From positions 1 to 64,000 of IMG/VR virus record IMGVR_UViG_3300025723_000026: DNA of 64,000 nucleotides. One strand, given 5' to 3'. Source of the DNA: a virus (taxonomy: Duplodnaviria > Caudoviricetes). The position numbers and the translations under genes are program-made. Positions 10,089-19,472 of the stretch are shown in pieces; positions within the stretch are counted from its first letter, which is position 1; each line of letters begins with the position of its first letter. The notes beneath the pieces are model-generated. The model was not told the origin of the DNA and did no database searches. It worked only from the letters and a program-made list of their open reading frames with translations.

Positions 10089-10907
10089 ATGATATTCTTT
10101 AATTCTTCTATGCCCCGGTCGATGTCGACCTTGCTACAATGTATTCTTAATCAAAATCCTGAGATCTGTGCAACACCTACCGATGGTGTTTTAGAATATC
10201 TATACGGCGCTAGAGCGAATTACACATCAACACCCGAGGTAAAGGCAATTGATGTTGAAGTAGCTGAACGTTCTTGGCGTGGGTTCTGTTGGGGTGGTCT
10301 TGAGGGATATGCAAAGACATATACCGATAAACCTAATATTTGTATTAAAACACGAGGCGCTACTATTCATCACGGCTGGTTTAATAAGTTTATGCCCTAT
10401 GATATGAAGTGTATTGTCATGGTTAGGAACATGAAAAGCATTATTAGTTCTATGGAGAAGCTCTATAGGGACAATCAAGAATATCATCAGGAGATTCAAA
10501 ATCATGCGCATATGACGGGTACTAATACGGCGAAGAGAGTAGATCAGTGGTTTGCAAGTCCTCCTGTTGGACTCGCTCTCGAACGACTCAATCAATGCTT
10601 CCATGAAGGCCTCAATAAGAATTTCTTATATGTTCGTGCTGAAGATCTTACAAGCTATCCTGATCGAGAAATGAATAAAATTTATAATTATCTCGATCTT
10701 GAGCCTTATAAGCATGATTTTAATAATGTTGAACAAACCGTTAAAGAGGATGATTCGGTATACGGATTGGCATCAAATCTTCATACTATTAGAAAGTCTG
10801 TTAAACCATTAACACCTGATTACGATAAAGTTCTTGGACCACAAATCTGTGATTGGATTGATAATGCACATCAAAGTTATCAACGTTTATTTGGTTATAT
10901 TAAATAA
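10089..10907 (+). CDS. Sulfotransferase (P-loop, Sulfotransfer_3-like)
   Basis: SSMPRSMSTLLQCILNQNP is a variant of the PAPS-binding PRSGsTLL motif; VRAEDL and YNYLDLEPYKHDF are typical. Confidence 0.8.
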   Translation: MIFFNSSMPRSMSTLLQCILNQNPEICATPTDGVLEYLYGARANYTSTPEVKAIDVEVAERSWRGFCWGGLEGYAKTYTDKPNICIKTRGATIHHGWFNKFMPYDMKCIVMVRNMKSIISSMEKLYRDNQEYHQEIQNHAHMTGTNTAKRVDQWFASPPVGLALERLNQCFHEGLNKNFLYVRAEDLTSYPDREMNKIYNYLDLEPYKHDFNNVEQTVKEDDSVYGLASNLHTIRKSVKPLTPDYDKVLGPQICDWIDNAHQSYQRLFGYIK

Positions 10908-10915
10908 ATATCTAT

Positions 10916-11185
10916 GTGAATAGCATAGATGAAAATAGTAGAGAGCCTTTCTTCAATAATGTTTACGGTAAGCTAGTATTGTATATACTAGCTGCCTCTC
11001 TTACATCACTTGGCAATGACCTAGGTCATTATACATGCCATGATTCAGGATGGGAGGATATTACACCTGTTCACTGGGCAACAATTATTATTAATCTCGT
11101 TGTACAAGGCCTAATTGCTTGGAGAGCGTATATTGATGGCTCGGCAGAAAAGCAAAGAGAATATATTATTTCAAAAGATAAATGA
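10916..11185 (+). CDS. Small membrane protein with two hydrophobic segments
   Basis: 89 aa ORF. Confidence 0.55.
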   Translation: MNSIDENSREPFFNNVYGKLVLYILAASLTSLGNDLGHYTCHDSGWEDITPVHWATIIINLVVQGLIAWRAYIDGSAEKQREYIISKDK

Positions 11186-11385
11186 CATTTAAAGAATACT
11201 TAAAAACAGAAGAAGGTCGACGTAGAGCTATTAATCTCTATAGAAAACTTAAAGAGAGAAAGGGACTGGTAAAGAAAAAACATAAGTTACCACAAACTAA
11301 AGACTCTAGACATACTGATAGCAGCACGTTAGGTTCTTCTGCCTCTCTACCTGCTGATAGCCCAGAACAACCATCGATGAGTTGA
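11182..11385 (+). CDS. Basic hypothetical protein with MTFKEYL N-terminus
   Basis: 67 aa ORF overlapping upstream stop. Confidence 0.55.
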   Translation: MTFKEYLKTEEGRRRAINLYRKLKERKGLVKKKHKLPQTKDSRHTDSSTLGSSASLPADSPEQPSMS

Positions 11386-11415
11386 AAAATATATAAACAA
11401 GAATAAATCTATTAT

Positions 11416-11607
11416 ATGTCAACCAATACATCAACTGTCCTAACTGAACTTACCACTTCTTTCGCTGCTGATGCAGAAAAGTTTTATACAGGAAATAATG
11501 CTGCTGGAGCCCGTGCACGTAAATCTCTTCAAGAGATTGTAAAATATGCACGAGCAGAGCGTAAAAATATTCAGGAAACAAAAAACGCTAGAAAAGTTAC
11601 AAAGTAA
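11416..11607 (+). CDS. Histone H1-like nucleoid protein (Hc1-like)
   Basis: GNNAAGARARKSLQEI...RAERKNIQE matches the GNKAAGxRAR core of Hc1-like proteins. Confidence 0.75.
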   Translation: MSTNTSTVLTELTTSFAADAEKFYTGNNAAGARARKSLQEIVKYARAERKNIQETKNARKVTK

Positions 11608-11627
11608 ACTTTACTACTAATATCTAC

Positions 11628-11658
11628 AAAAAAAGCGCCCTTAAGGGCGCTTTTTTTT
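11628..11658. terminator. Bidirectional intrinsic terminator
   Basis: A7-GCGCCC-TTAA-GGGCGC-T8 between convergent genes. Confidence 0.9.
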
Positions 11659-11848
11659 ATTCAATATTTTTAGCTTCTACGAAACCTTCTTCGATAAGGT
11701 ATTGTGTAAGACTGAGAAGCTCATCATCTTCAACATCATCATCAATATTAGCATGTTCAACGTAAATAGACGTTTGACCTTTTGATTTTAAAACGTCAAT
11801 ACTATACTCTATACCTTTAAACGTAATATCAAAAGATTTACCTATCAT
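11657..11848 (-). CDS. Hypothetical protein
   Basis: 63 aa ORF in operon-like run. Confidence 0.6.
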   Translation of the reverse strand: MIGKSFDITFKGIEYSIDVLKSKGQTSIYVEHANIDDDVEDDELLSLTQYLIEEGFVEAKNIE

Positions 11849-12063
11849 CAGTCAGCTCTTCCTAAAAGCTGAAGCGCTTTTGATGCAGATAGAATATTAA
11901 GGTAAAAAGTTCTACCATTTTTCTCATAAACAGTTCCCCACTCAAGTGAGTTTGATTGTAACTCTTTTTGTATGCTACCAATATTATTCCAACCGTTCAG
12001 TTCAAAAGCAAGCTGAGCATCAGCTAGAATTTTCAAATCTTTTTTAAGTGTATCGCTTGACAT
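11848..12063 (-). CDS. Hypothetical protein
   Basis: 71 aa ORF, TGATG stop/start overlap. Confidence 0.6.
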   Translation of the reverse strand: MSSDTLKKDLKILADAQLAFELNGWNNIGSIQKELQSNSLEWGTVYEKNGRTFYLNILSASKALQLLGRAD

Positions 12064-12075
12064 TATAATAATTTA

Positions 12076-12615
12076 TTATCGTGATCGACGATTGGCAATA
12101 AATTGTCCCTTTTTATTACGTCGACGCTTAATTGTTTTCTTTAGCGGCTTTATGACAGTCTTTACGCTCTTCTTAGTGTCAGACTTAGTTATCTTTTTAG
12201 CTTTCAGATTCTTTGCTGTTCGAATAGCTGTACCAATTTTTGTAAGCCAATCCTGATGATTACGATCGTAAAGTGCACTCATTGCTTCATTAACTAAAAA
12301 TTCTATTCGTTTGAAAATATACTCCTTATGATCAGCATGATAATCACCACGAACCAGTTCCTGAATGGTAAGCAATGCATTTTCAATATTATCTTCACCT
12401 CCACGTTCGTAAGAAGATTTAACAAGAGTATCAGGTTCATAGCTCATGTAATATAACATCTTAGCCTTAATATTAATTTTCTTGAGCAACCTATTATTAT
12501 GAAGATTGAATTTACCAAGAATAGGATGGATAGAAGCCTTTACAACAAAAGGTGTGAGATTATTATAAATAATTTTGGCTACTTTAGCTTCAATGGATGG
12601 TGACGTTGTATTCAT
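12076..12615 (-). CDS. Hypothetical protein with basic C-terminal tail
   Basis: 179 aa ORF abutting the deaminase gene. Confidence 0.6.
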   Translation of the reverse strand: MNTTSPSIEAKVAKIIYNNLTPFVVKASIHPILGKFNLHNNRLLKKINIKAKMLYYMSYEPDTLVKSSYERGGEDNIENALLTIQELVRGDYHADHKEYIFKRIEFLVNEAMSALYDRNHQDWLTKIGTAIRTAKNLKAKKITKSDTKKSVKTVIKPLKKTIKRRRNKKGQFIANRRSR

Positions 12616-13052
12616 TACGACTTAATACTAGGCGAATTTGCACCTGATTGCAACTGAATAATTTCGATCCCATAAAATTTAAATATATCCAAAGCACGCA
12701 TATCCTTAGTGTAATTATCTCGATAGACAACTTTCTTTATTCCATGGGAAATAATTTGTCGTGCACAACATGAACATGGTAACAACGTACATGCAATCAA
12801 TCGACCTTCCCCGCGCTTAAACAAGGAGAGTAAGTTTGTTTCAGCATGTAAGATATACGGGCGCCTTCCATCCCGATCAGCCCAAAAGTAATCTGACATT
12901 GTTGTACCAGGCGCTAGACCATTATACGCTACCCCAAGTACTCTATTATCATAATCTAAAGCACATGCCCCTACTTGAACGTAGGGGTCCTCACTTCTCA
13001 TAGCAGCTGTCTCAGCTAAAGCTAAAGCATATTGTTCCCAAGAAGGTCTCAT
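12615..13052 (-). CDS. dctD: dCMP deaminase
   Basis: RSEDPYVQVGAC...GVAYNG, HAE and PCxxC zinc ligands. Confidence 0.88.
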   Translation of the reverse strand: MRPSWEQYALALAETAAMRSEDPYVQVGACALDYDNRVLGVAYNGLAPGTTMSDYFWADRDGRRPYILHAETNLLSLFKRGEGRLIACTLLPCSCCARQIISHGIKKVVYRDNYTKDMRALDIFKFYGIEIIQLQSGANSPSIKS

Positions 13053-13054
13053 AA

Positions 13055-13330
13055 TTAAAAATCTAAATGCAAAACGGAATACGTTTTGATAAGCTTAGAA
13101 ATAGGATCCTGTATAGTGTACCCGGTCAAAAGTAGTGAATGATCCTTTTTGATATCAAGATTATACTTCTGCTTCATATCAATATTTATAATGTCTAATT
13201 TATCGTTAGTAACGTAGGAGATGGTGTTAGTGGTACCGGCAAATATACTGCAAATAGATAAACTTAATGCAGCAATAAACGCTTTATTCATGTTACCGTT
13301 TATAATAGGCTTTCTTTTTCTTAAATGCAA
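13055..13330 (-). CDS. Hypothetical protein with probable signal peptide (likely start 13291, MNKAFIAALSLS)
   Basis: Hydrophobic N-terminal segment. Confidence 0.5.
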   Translation of the reverse strand: MHLRKRKPIINGNMNKAFIAALSLSICSIFAGTTNTISYVTNDKLDIINIDMKQKYNLDIKKDHSLLLTGYTIQDPISKLIKTYSVLHLDF

Positions 13331-13447
13331 ATTGATAAGGCCGACTATCAGGATCGTAAACCTTACACTCCTTACGTCTTTGCTGATACCAAATATATTC
13401 TTCTTTTGTGAGAACTACCTTTTCTATTTTCTCTTCTCTGTACATGC

Positions 13448-13816
13448 TTACAACCGAATGCTCTCTGGTTTTGTAGAGCGGATATAGACCTCTCCGTAAA
13501 CCTCTAAGATACCCATCGCAGCTTGAAATTCACGTTGCGACATTTTATCCCAATCTTTGAGCTTTTTATACGTCTCATCAGCCATCATCTTATAGTGATT
13601 ATCTCTGTTTTCCTTCTTAGCATGTTTAATAGCATCTTTATATGGTTTCATTTTAGCCTTATAATGAATAGCTGTGAGAAGACTGTAGCCACCTTTCTTT
13701 CTGGTCATCGCTTCAATTTTAACGGCTCCAGCTAAGCGCTTGTGAAGAAATTCTAAAAATGATTCTGTTGTATTTAATGCAGATTTAACTGCCTCCATTA
13801 ATGCCTCTAATCTCAT
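13448..13816 (-). CDS. Hypothetical late protein
   Basis: 122 aa; TAAATA just upstream. Confidence 0.6.
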   Translation of the reverse strand: MRLEALMEAVKSALNTTESFLEFLHKRLAGAVKIEAMTRKKGGYSLLTAIHYKAKMKPYKDAIKHAKKENRDNHYKMMADETYKKLKDWDKMSQREFQAAMGILEVYGEVYIRSTKPESIRL

Positions 13817-13824
13817 AGAATTAT

Positions 13825-14526
13825 TTATTCGAATTTATTTTTTAAATTAAAATATACAGATTTGCAAAGACTAAAGAATTCTCTATCTGATAAGTCCATC
13901 TTTGCCTGATTATACTGTTTTAACACCAATTGGATATTATCTTTGTGATAACCTAACTTGGAATCTATCCTATCGACCGATACTGTGCTTATCTTCGCAT
14001 CGGCACATAAAAACAACGGCTGCCCTGATAAAGCACATTTTTTATCTTGTGCATTGTATAACGTACAAATATCGTCTGGCGTAATGCTTACTTCAAGATC
14101 TCTGAGCTTAGCATTATTAATAATGTTTGTCCAAAGTCTCGCAGGTACATATTGATGTATTAATTTTGGTTGATTTTTGCGTATACCTAGTTGACGAACT
14201 CGAAGATGTATAAACTGAACAGGCTTATTGAGAGCATCGGCGCAAATTTGCGCACCATGTTTTGAATAATGATCTTTTATAAATTCATCATCTGAAACTA
14301 CATGTTGTATTCTCCATTTTTCGATGCGTTTAAGGTGGCCGCATTGTCGGCATCCCTTGCCTTTAAGGTGCCTGTAAGCATTTTGTTTAAACTGACCATG
14401 CTTGCTACATATAGCTATAATATCTTTTGTATGACCGCTGTACTTGCATAGGGAATAATCGTATAGATTACCGTGAACCGTTATAGCGTCCTTTATGAAC
14501 TGATCAGTATCATACCCTACTTTCAT
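13825..14526 (-). CDS. Putative homing endonuclease (zinc-ribbon N-terminus plus HNH-like domain) downstream of nrdA
   Basis: HGNLYDYS..CSKHGQF..HLKGKGCRQC ribbon; CALSG...SVDRIDSKLGYHKDNIQLV...N HNH-like core. Confidence 0.72.
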   Translation of the reverse strand: MKVGYDTDQFIKDAITVHGNLYDYSLCKYSGHTKDIIAICSKHGQFKQNAYRHLKGKGCRQCGHLKRIEKWRIQHVVSDDEFIKDHYSKHGAQICADALNKPVQFIHLRVRQLGIRKNQPKLIHQYVPARLWTNIINNAKLRDLEVSITPDDICTLYNAQDKKCALSGQPLFLCADAKISTVSVDRIDSKLGYHKDNIQLVLKQYNQAKMDLSDREFFSLCKSVYFNLKNKFE

Positions 14527-14533
14527 AAATCAG

Positions 14534-16186
14534 CTACGCCTCGCAAGAGGTGCATGCAAGAATAGAGCGCGCAAGCAACTGACTAGGATTTGCACTACGC
14601 TGATAATATAGGCTCTTTATACCTTGCTCCCACGCAAAGATAATAAGCTCATTGACATCTTTTGGTTTTGTTTCGGGTGGAATCATTAAGTTTAATGATT
14701 GACCTTGATCGATATATTTCTGCCGTGCTGCAGCTTGTATGACAATTTCTTTTTGCGAAATTTCACCAAATGTTTTAAATACATCCTTTTCTTCCTGCGT
14801 TAAAAAGTCTAAATGTTGAACCGATCCTCCATGTTTAAGAATTGATAACCAAGTATCGTCGTCGTGTTTATTTTTTTCTTTAAGAAGCTTTTTAAGGTAA
14901 GGGTTTCTATATGTAAACTTACCCTTTGCAAGATCTTTTGTATAGTACGTCGAATCGAGAGGTTCAATAGAAGGTGAGACTTGACCAAGAATAAATGATG
15001 AGGATGTAGTCGGTGCAACAGCTAGTGTCGTCGTATTTCTACGCTTATAACCTTTAAGAAGAGGTGGTTCGCCTAATAAAACCGCAAGCTGTTCAGTGGC
15101 ATGGTCCGCTTTCTCTCTAATATGCTTCCAAATTTGACCATTAAGCATTTTAGCAGTCATGGTTTCAAATCCAATCATTTTCGATTGAAGAAGCGAATGC
15201 CATCCAAGTACTCCGACACCAAGTGCTCGATGATTAACAGCGAAATTACGAGCATGTTCCATAAATTTAACACCTTCTGTTTTGATAATAAATTCTGTCA
15301 TTACAGCATCTAGGAAATAAACCAGAGTTTCAACAGCATCAGTATCTTTCCATTCATCCCAATGTAATAAATTTAAAGACGATAAATCGCAAACAAACGA
15401 TTCATCTTTTGATGAAGGTAGAAAAATTTCGCTACAAAGATTACTTGCATTAATCCTCATGTTCTTATCTTTATAGATCTGTGGTTTATTATTGTTAGCA
15501 TTATCAGTGAAAAATATATATGGATATCCAGTTTCAAAACGCTTTTGAATAATCCTACCCCAAAGCTTTCTCTTATCCTTATCACCGTCAATCATAGATT
15601 TCATCCAATCATCTGATACACACACGCCAATTGAAAGATTTTGAATTTCATCACCTTCGCCGCGAATTTTAAGAAATTCTTCAATATCTCCATGATCCAC
15701 TGGGAGATAGGCTGCAAATGATCCGCGGCGCACGTTACCTTGTGAAATGTAGTTTGTCAATGATTCAAAAACAGTTAATTGATGATGCACGCCTGTTGCC
15801 TCGCCTCCTGTAGAAATGCTAGCGCCCCGCGGCCGCACGTCACCAAAATAACCTGAAGTACCGCCTCCTACCTTCGACATGACCCCTACTTCAGCCATCT
15901 TATAGAGAATAGAATCCATATCATCTTCTATATGCGAATTAAAACATGATATCGGCATTCCACGCTTACGTCCGAAATTTGACCAAATCGGTGAACTTAA
16001 GCTGAACCATCCTCTCGAGACGTAGTCTTCAAACTTATCAGCAAACCCTTTAACACCTAGATACTTCTCAGCAATTTTAGCGATATCACTAATACGCTGT
16101 TCGGCAGTCTCACCTTCTAAAAGATAGCCTCGCTCAAGAAACTTACGCGAATCTTTGTTAAGCCAATAATATTTTTCTGTTACCAT
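14534..16186 (-). CDS. nrdA: Ribonucleotide reductase class I alpha subunit, no ATP cone
   Basis: SPIWSNFG, ISCF, NLCSEI, APTTSSS, KSLYYQRS motifs; 550 aa. Confidence 0.95.
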   Translation of the reverse strand: MVTEKYYWLNKDSRKFLERGYLLEGETAEQRISDIAKIAEKYLGVKGFADKFEDYVSRGWFSLSSPIWSNFGRKRGMPISCFNSHIEDDMDSILYKMAEVGVMSKVGGGTSGYFGDVRPRGASISTGGEATGVHHQLTVFESLTNYISQGNVRRGSFAAYLPVDHGDIEEFLKIRGEGDEIQNLSIGVCVSDDWMKSMIDGDKDKRKLWGRIIQKRFETGYPYIFFTDNANNNKPQIYKDKNMRINASNLCSEIFLPSSKDESFVCDLSSLNLLHWDEWKDTDAVETLVYFLDAVMTEFIIKTEGVKFMEHARNFAVNHRALGVGVLGWHSLLQSKMIGFETMTAKMLNGQIWKHIREKADHATEQLAVLLGEPPLLKGYKRRNTTTLAVAPTTSSSFILGQVSPSIEPLDSTYYTKDLAKGKFTYRNPYLKKLLKEKNKHDDDTWLSILKHGGSVQHLDFLTQEEKDVFKTFGEISQKEIVIQAAARQKYIDQGQSLNLMIPPETKPKDVNELIIFAWEQGIKSLYYQRSANPSQLLARSILACTSCEA

Positions 16187-16222
16187 AATTTTATTATAAT
16201 TTATAAATTTGCAATTTCTAGC

Positions 16223-17194
16223 TTAGAATAAATCGTCTTCAGAAAAACTTTGCGACTTCTTTGAATAATTTACTGGTCTGGAATGAAAAAAATCTGTTAA
16301 GTTGTTGCCATGTAACTCCTCGTTGAACCAGTTCGAAGCTTTTAACAGCTCTTTATCAACTTCAAATGGTCTATGAAAGCCAATACCCTCTAACGACTCA
16401 TTAATCCTGTTCTTAATAAACTCCTTAAGAAGAGGGGCATTTAGATTTTCTTCATTAATATCGTTTAACATCCAATCAACAATTTTTGCTTCAGCTTTAA
16501 ATGCTTCGTGAGCTTCATGAAGAATCTTATCTTCAAGCTCTTTATCGAAGAGCTCAGGATACTCTTCTCTGATTGTATTGATAATCTTCGTACCAACAAG
16601 ACCATGAATGTTCTCCTCATTGCGTGTATACTTTACTTGTTGATCGGTATCCTTGAGAACGTTCTTAAAACGTGCAAACCAATTGATAACGTAGAACTGA
16701 CTGAAGAGTGATACGTTCTCAATAAGAAGAGTAAAGAGAGCAATAGCATAGAGATACTGCTTCTTAGAATCCTTAAAACAACGCTTTGTATATTTCTTAA
16801 GATACTTTACTCGGCCTTGAATCCAAGGAAGTTCTAAGTTCTTTTCAAAGATATCCTCTAAACCAAGCACGGAAAGAAGACGCTCGTAAGCATTGTTATG
16901 AATAACTTCTGTATTAGCCATAACATATCCAAGATCATAGATAGAGGGATGTGGGAGATTATCACCTAAACGTGCCCAGAATGTCTTAACTGATACTTCA
17001 ATCTGACCAATAGCTGAAAGAACTCTAATTACAGCCTCTCTCTCCTGATCGGTTAAATTAACTTTAAATTGTTGAATATCGGACTTAAAGCTGAATTCCT
17101 TATCTGTCCAGAAGCCATTGTGCATTGCCTCCACGAATTCTTCTGTCCATTTATAGTTGTTTGGTTTGCGGCTAATTTGTTCGTCAAAGATCAT
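16223..17194 (-). CDS. nrdB: Ribonucleotide reductase class I beta subunit (class Id/NrdBi-like)
   Basis: QIEVSVKTFW, TEVIH, IENVSLFSQF, EENIH ligand motifs. Confidence 0.93.
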   Translation of the reverse strand: MIFDEQISRKPNNYKWTEEFVEAMHNGFWTDKEFSFKSDIQQFKVNLTDQEREAVIRVLSAIGQIEVSVKTFWARLGDNLPHPSIYDLGYVMANTEVIHNNAYERLLSVLGLEDIFEKNLELPWIQGRVKYLKKYTKRCFKDSKKQYLYAIALFTLLIENVSLFSQFYVINWFARFKNVLKDTDQQVKYTRNEENIHGLVGTKIINTIREEYPELFDKELEDKILHEAHEAFKAEAKIVDWMLNDINEENLNAPLLKEFIKNRINESLEGIGFHRPFEVDKELLKASNWFNEELHGNNLTDFFHSRPVNYSKKSQSFSEDDLF

Positions 17195-17350
17195 AGTGCT
17201 TAATAGTCGAGTTTATTTATTAGGTTCTCACAGGCCATCTCTTATGTACGATGAAACTTTAGTGTAAAAATCTATACATATATTAGCCTAAATAACGGCT
17301 AAAGCAATTAGTTTTTTACAAATTTATAAAATAACTTAACTCGTTATAAA

Positions 17351-17587
17351 TTAAATGCTTACAACCATTCCTGCATCAGAATTCCAAGCTTGAGAATTAT
17401 ACTTTGAGGTATAGCGCTGAACTTTCTTTTTTGGTTTATAATCTACAATACGATAAGGATTTTCAGTTGTATAATGCCACGAATAATCCCTGAGATGCTT
17501 AGTAACTTCTGACATTGTCTTGTATGGTGAGCATAAAGAAGCACCCCATGCCTTTCCCGTCCAGCGTTCAATGACGTATTGATGCAT
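17351..17587 (-). CDS. Hypothetical protein
   Basis: 78 aa ORF. Confidence 0.55.
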   Translation of the reverse strand: MHQYVIERWTGKAWGASLCSPYKTMSEVTKHLRDYSWHYTTENPYRIVDYKPKKKVQRYTSKYNSQAWNSDAGMVVSI

Positions 17588-17787
17588 TAGTCTTTCTTTT
17601 TTGTGCTAATAAAACGGCCTGGCCGTGAAAAGGAATAATACAACATGGCAGAAGCAAACCAAGTTTCAATAGTATATGGAATATGAAAGTTAAACAACGT
17701 ATTAATTGCGGCAATTAAAGCAATTGGACAAATAATAAACAAAAAGATAGCAAATACAATAAGACTAATACCGGAGATAAGTTTCAT
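17587..17787 (-). CDS. Small membrane protein
   Basis: 66 aa, two hydrophobic segments; sigma70-like promoter upstream. Confidence 0.55.
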   Translation of the reverse strand: MKLISGISLIVFAIFLFIICPIALIAAINTLFNFHIPYTIETWFASAMLYYSFSRPGRFISTKKKD

Positions 17788-17842
17788 ACTCCTATAATAA
17801 TTTAATAATTAAATAAGGCAAGCAAGCATTTGTCTATTTAAG

Positions 17843-17916
17843 TGCGCCAGGAGAGACTTGAACTCTCGACTCCAAGCTTAAAAGGCTCGTACTCTGACCA
17901 ACTGAGTTACTGGCGC
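17843..17916 (-). tRNA. tRNA-Lys(UUU), CCA not encoded
   Basis: GCGCCAG/CTGGCGC acceptor; loop CT-TTT-AA. Confidence 0.92.
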
Positions 17917-17917
17917 G

Positions 17918-18496
17918 TTAAACATTAAAAGACTGACATTCTTTTAATGTTTTTAAAATTGTAAGATTGTTGAGTTGCTTCGTTATAATATCAATTTTAG
18001 CTCGTTGTACATTATATGCAATAGGATTCTTCGGATCGAGGTATAAATTATATTCTGTTAAAAAGAAATCGGGAAAATAATTATGCGTAGTACCATTAAG
18101 ATCTGTCCACGGTATTGGTTGCGTTGGCCGTATCCACGCGATATTAAGTTCATCCAGTCTTTTTGCTAGCGCTTCTTCCCAAGATGAGTCGAGTAGCACT
18201 TCTGTACCGTCTTTGCATTTATATGTACGAGTGGATCTTACTAGTCGACGGTGTGTAGACTTAAGAGCTATAGCTCTTAATTTGTCCTTCGTTTCTTGTG
18301 TTTGTATACGGCCTTTAGTATTGTATTTTGCATTCTCATATTTTCCCTCAGCGTGTGCTTTTCTAACTCTCTCACTAGCACCTATTTTAATACTCTCGCT
18401 GTGCAATTTTTTATTTAAGTCAATATTTGGATTTTCTGAGCACCATCTCATGTGAATACTATTCAATACCTCTTTATCACAATACTTACATTTCAT
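17918..18496 (-). CDS. Free-standing PD-(D/E)xK endonuclease with NUMOD3-like segment
   Basis: DSSWE...YFPDFFLTEYNLYLDPK; KGRIQTQETKDKLR. Confidence 0.7.
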   Translation of the reverse strand: MKCKYCDKEVLNSIHMRWCSENPNIDLNKKLHSESIKIGASERVRKAHAEGKYENAKYNTKGRIQTQETKDKLRAIALKSTHRRLVRSTRTYKCKDGTEVLLDSSWEEALAKRLDELNIAWIRPTQPIPWTDLNGTTHNYFPDFFLTEYNLYLDPKNPIAYNVQRAKIDIITKQLNNLTILKTLKECQSFNV

Positions 18497-18548
18497 ATAA
18501 GTATTTATTAATGAAGGCGAGTATAATACGATTATTGTTTAAATAAAA

Positions 18549-18625
18549 TGGTACAACCGGAGGGACTTGAACCCCCATAAGCCGAGGTAGAAGCTCGGTA
18601 CTTTATCCAGTTAAGTTACGGTTGC
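18549..18625 (-). tRNA. tRNA-Arg(UCU)
   Basis: Cloverleaf, loop CT-TCT-AC, CCA encoded. Confidence 0.92.
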
Positions 18626-18703
18626 ATAAATTTATAAAAAAGGCGGGTGTGATACGTCCCCGTTATTCAAACGAATATATTAGCTTAAGAAAAATTTTAC
18701 AAG

Positions 18704-19294
18704 CTAATTTTTAAATTCTTTTAAAAAGATCTCCCAATCAGTAATATTATGCTTATTACGAATATAGAAGGTTGATGGAAGCTCTCTCGGAATTATAGGC
18801 TGCCGTACAAGCTTTAGTCCAGCCTCTTCAGGTGTACGTGATCCTTTCTTTGAATTGACTTCCTTGTGACAGAGAACGCAATTCGTCCAATCAGTCTTAC
18901 CACCTCGGGTACGAGGAATGACATGATCGATATTGGCTTCAGATTTTGAAAGCTTCTTATTAGTATATTGACAGGTGCCGTTATCTCGAGTCCAGATATT
19001 ACTATGGGTAAACTTCGGACGTTTCATTGGTACCTTATCATACTCACAGAGAACAATAACAGTAGGAATCTTAATGCTACCACGAGTTGTTTTAATATAC
19101 GAGGCCTTTTCATCAAAAGGCAAATTAACCCAATCCGACCATTTGAGTGGTACCATCATATCATATCCTCGAATATCTAAAGCTGTTGCTGTATTCTGAT
19201 ACATCATGACAAAAGCATCAGCTGGAGATTTTGTATGAATGGCTTGCCAGTTTCTATTAAGAACTAGCACTGTCTCCTGTTTAAGGTACGACAT
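18704..19294 (-). CDS. HNH endonuclease (McrA-like)
   Basis: VLVLNRNW, IWTRDNGTCQY, NIDHVIPRTRGG, NCVLCHKEVN; start moved to MSYLK because the longer ORF overlaps tRNA-Val. Confidence 0.85.
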   Translation of the reverse strand: MSYLKQETVLVLNRNWQAIHTKSPADAFVMMYQNTATALDIRGYDMMVPLKWSDWVNLPFDEKASYIKTTRGSIKIPTVIVLCEYDKVPMKRPKFTHSNIWTRDNGTCQYTNKKLSKSEANIDHVIPRTRGGKTDWTNCVLCHKEVNSKKGSRTPEEAGLKLVRQPIIPRELPSTFYIRNKHNITDWEIFLKEFKN

Positions 19295-19325
19295 ATATGT
19301 ATATTTAATTAATTGTAAAGAAAGA

Positions 19326-19401
19326 TGGTACACCAGAAGGGATTCGAACCCCTGACATTCTGCGTGTAAGGCAGACGCTACTACCACTGAGCTACTGGTG
19401 C
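19326..19401 (-). tRNA. tRNA-Val(UAC)
   Basis: Cloverleaf, loop CT-TAC-AC, CCA. Confidence 0.92.
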
Positions 19402-19472
19402 GTTATTATTTTTTTAATATATCAACAAAATGCATGATATGCAAGAAAAATAGAGTAAGATTAAATAATCAT

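Noticed and set aside
10916-11185. Holin
   Set aside because: Two hydrophobic segments only, with no adjacent endolysin or recognisable motif
12615-13052. TadA-like tRNA deaminase for the A34 tRNAs
   Set aside because: RSEDPYVQVGAC and AYNG motifs are those of dCMP deaminases
14534-17194. Intein or intron in nrdA/nrdB
   Set aside because: Both reading frames are continuous and of normal or short length; the endonuclease is downstream and free-standing
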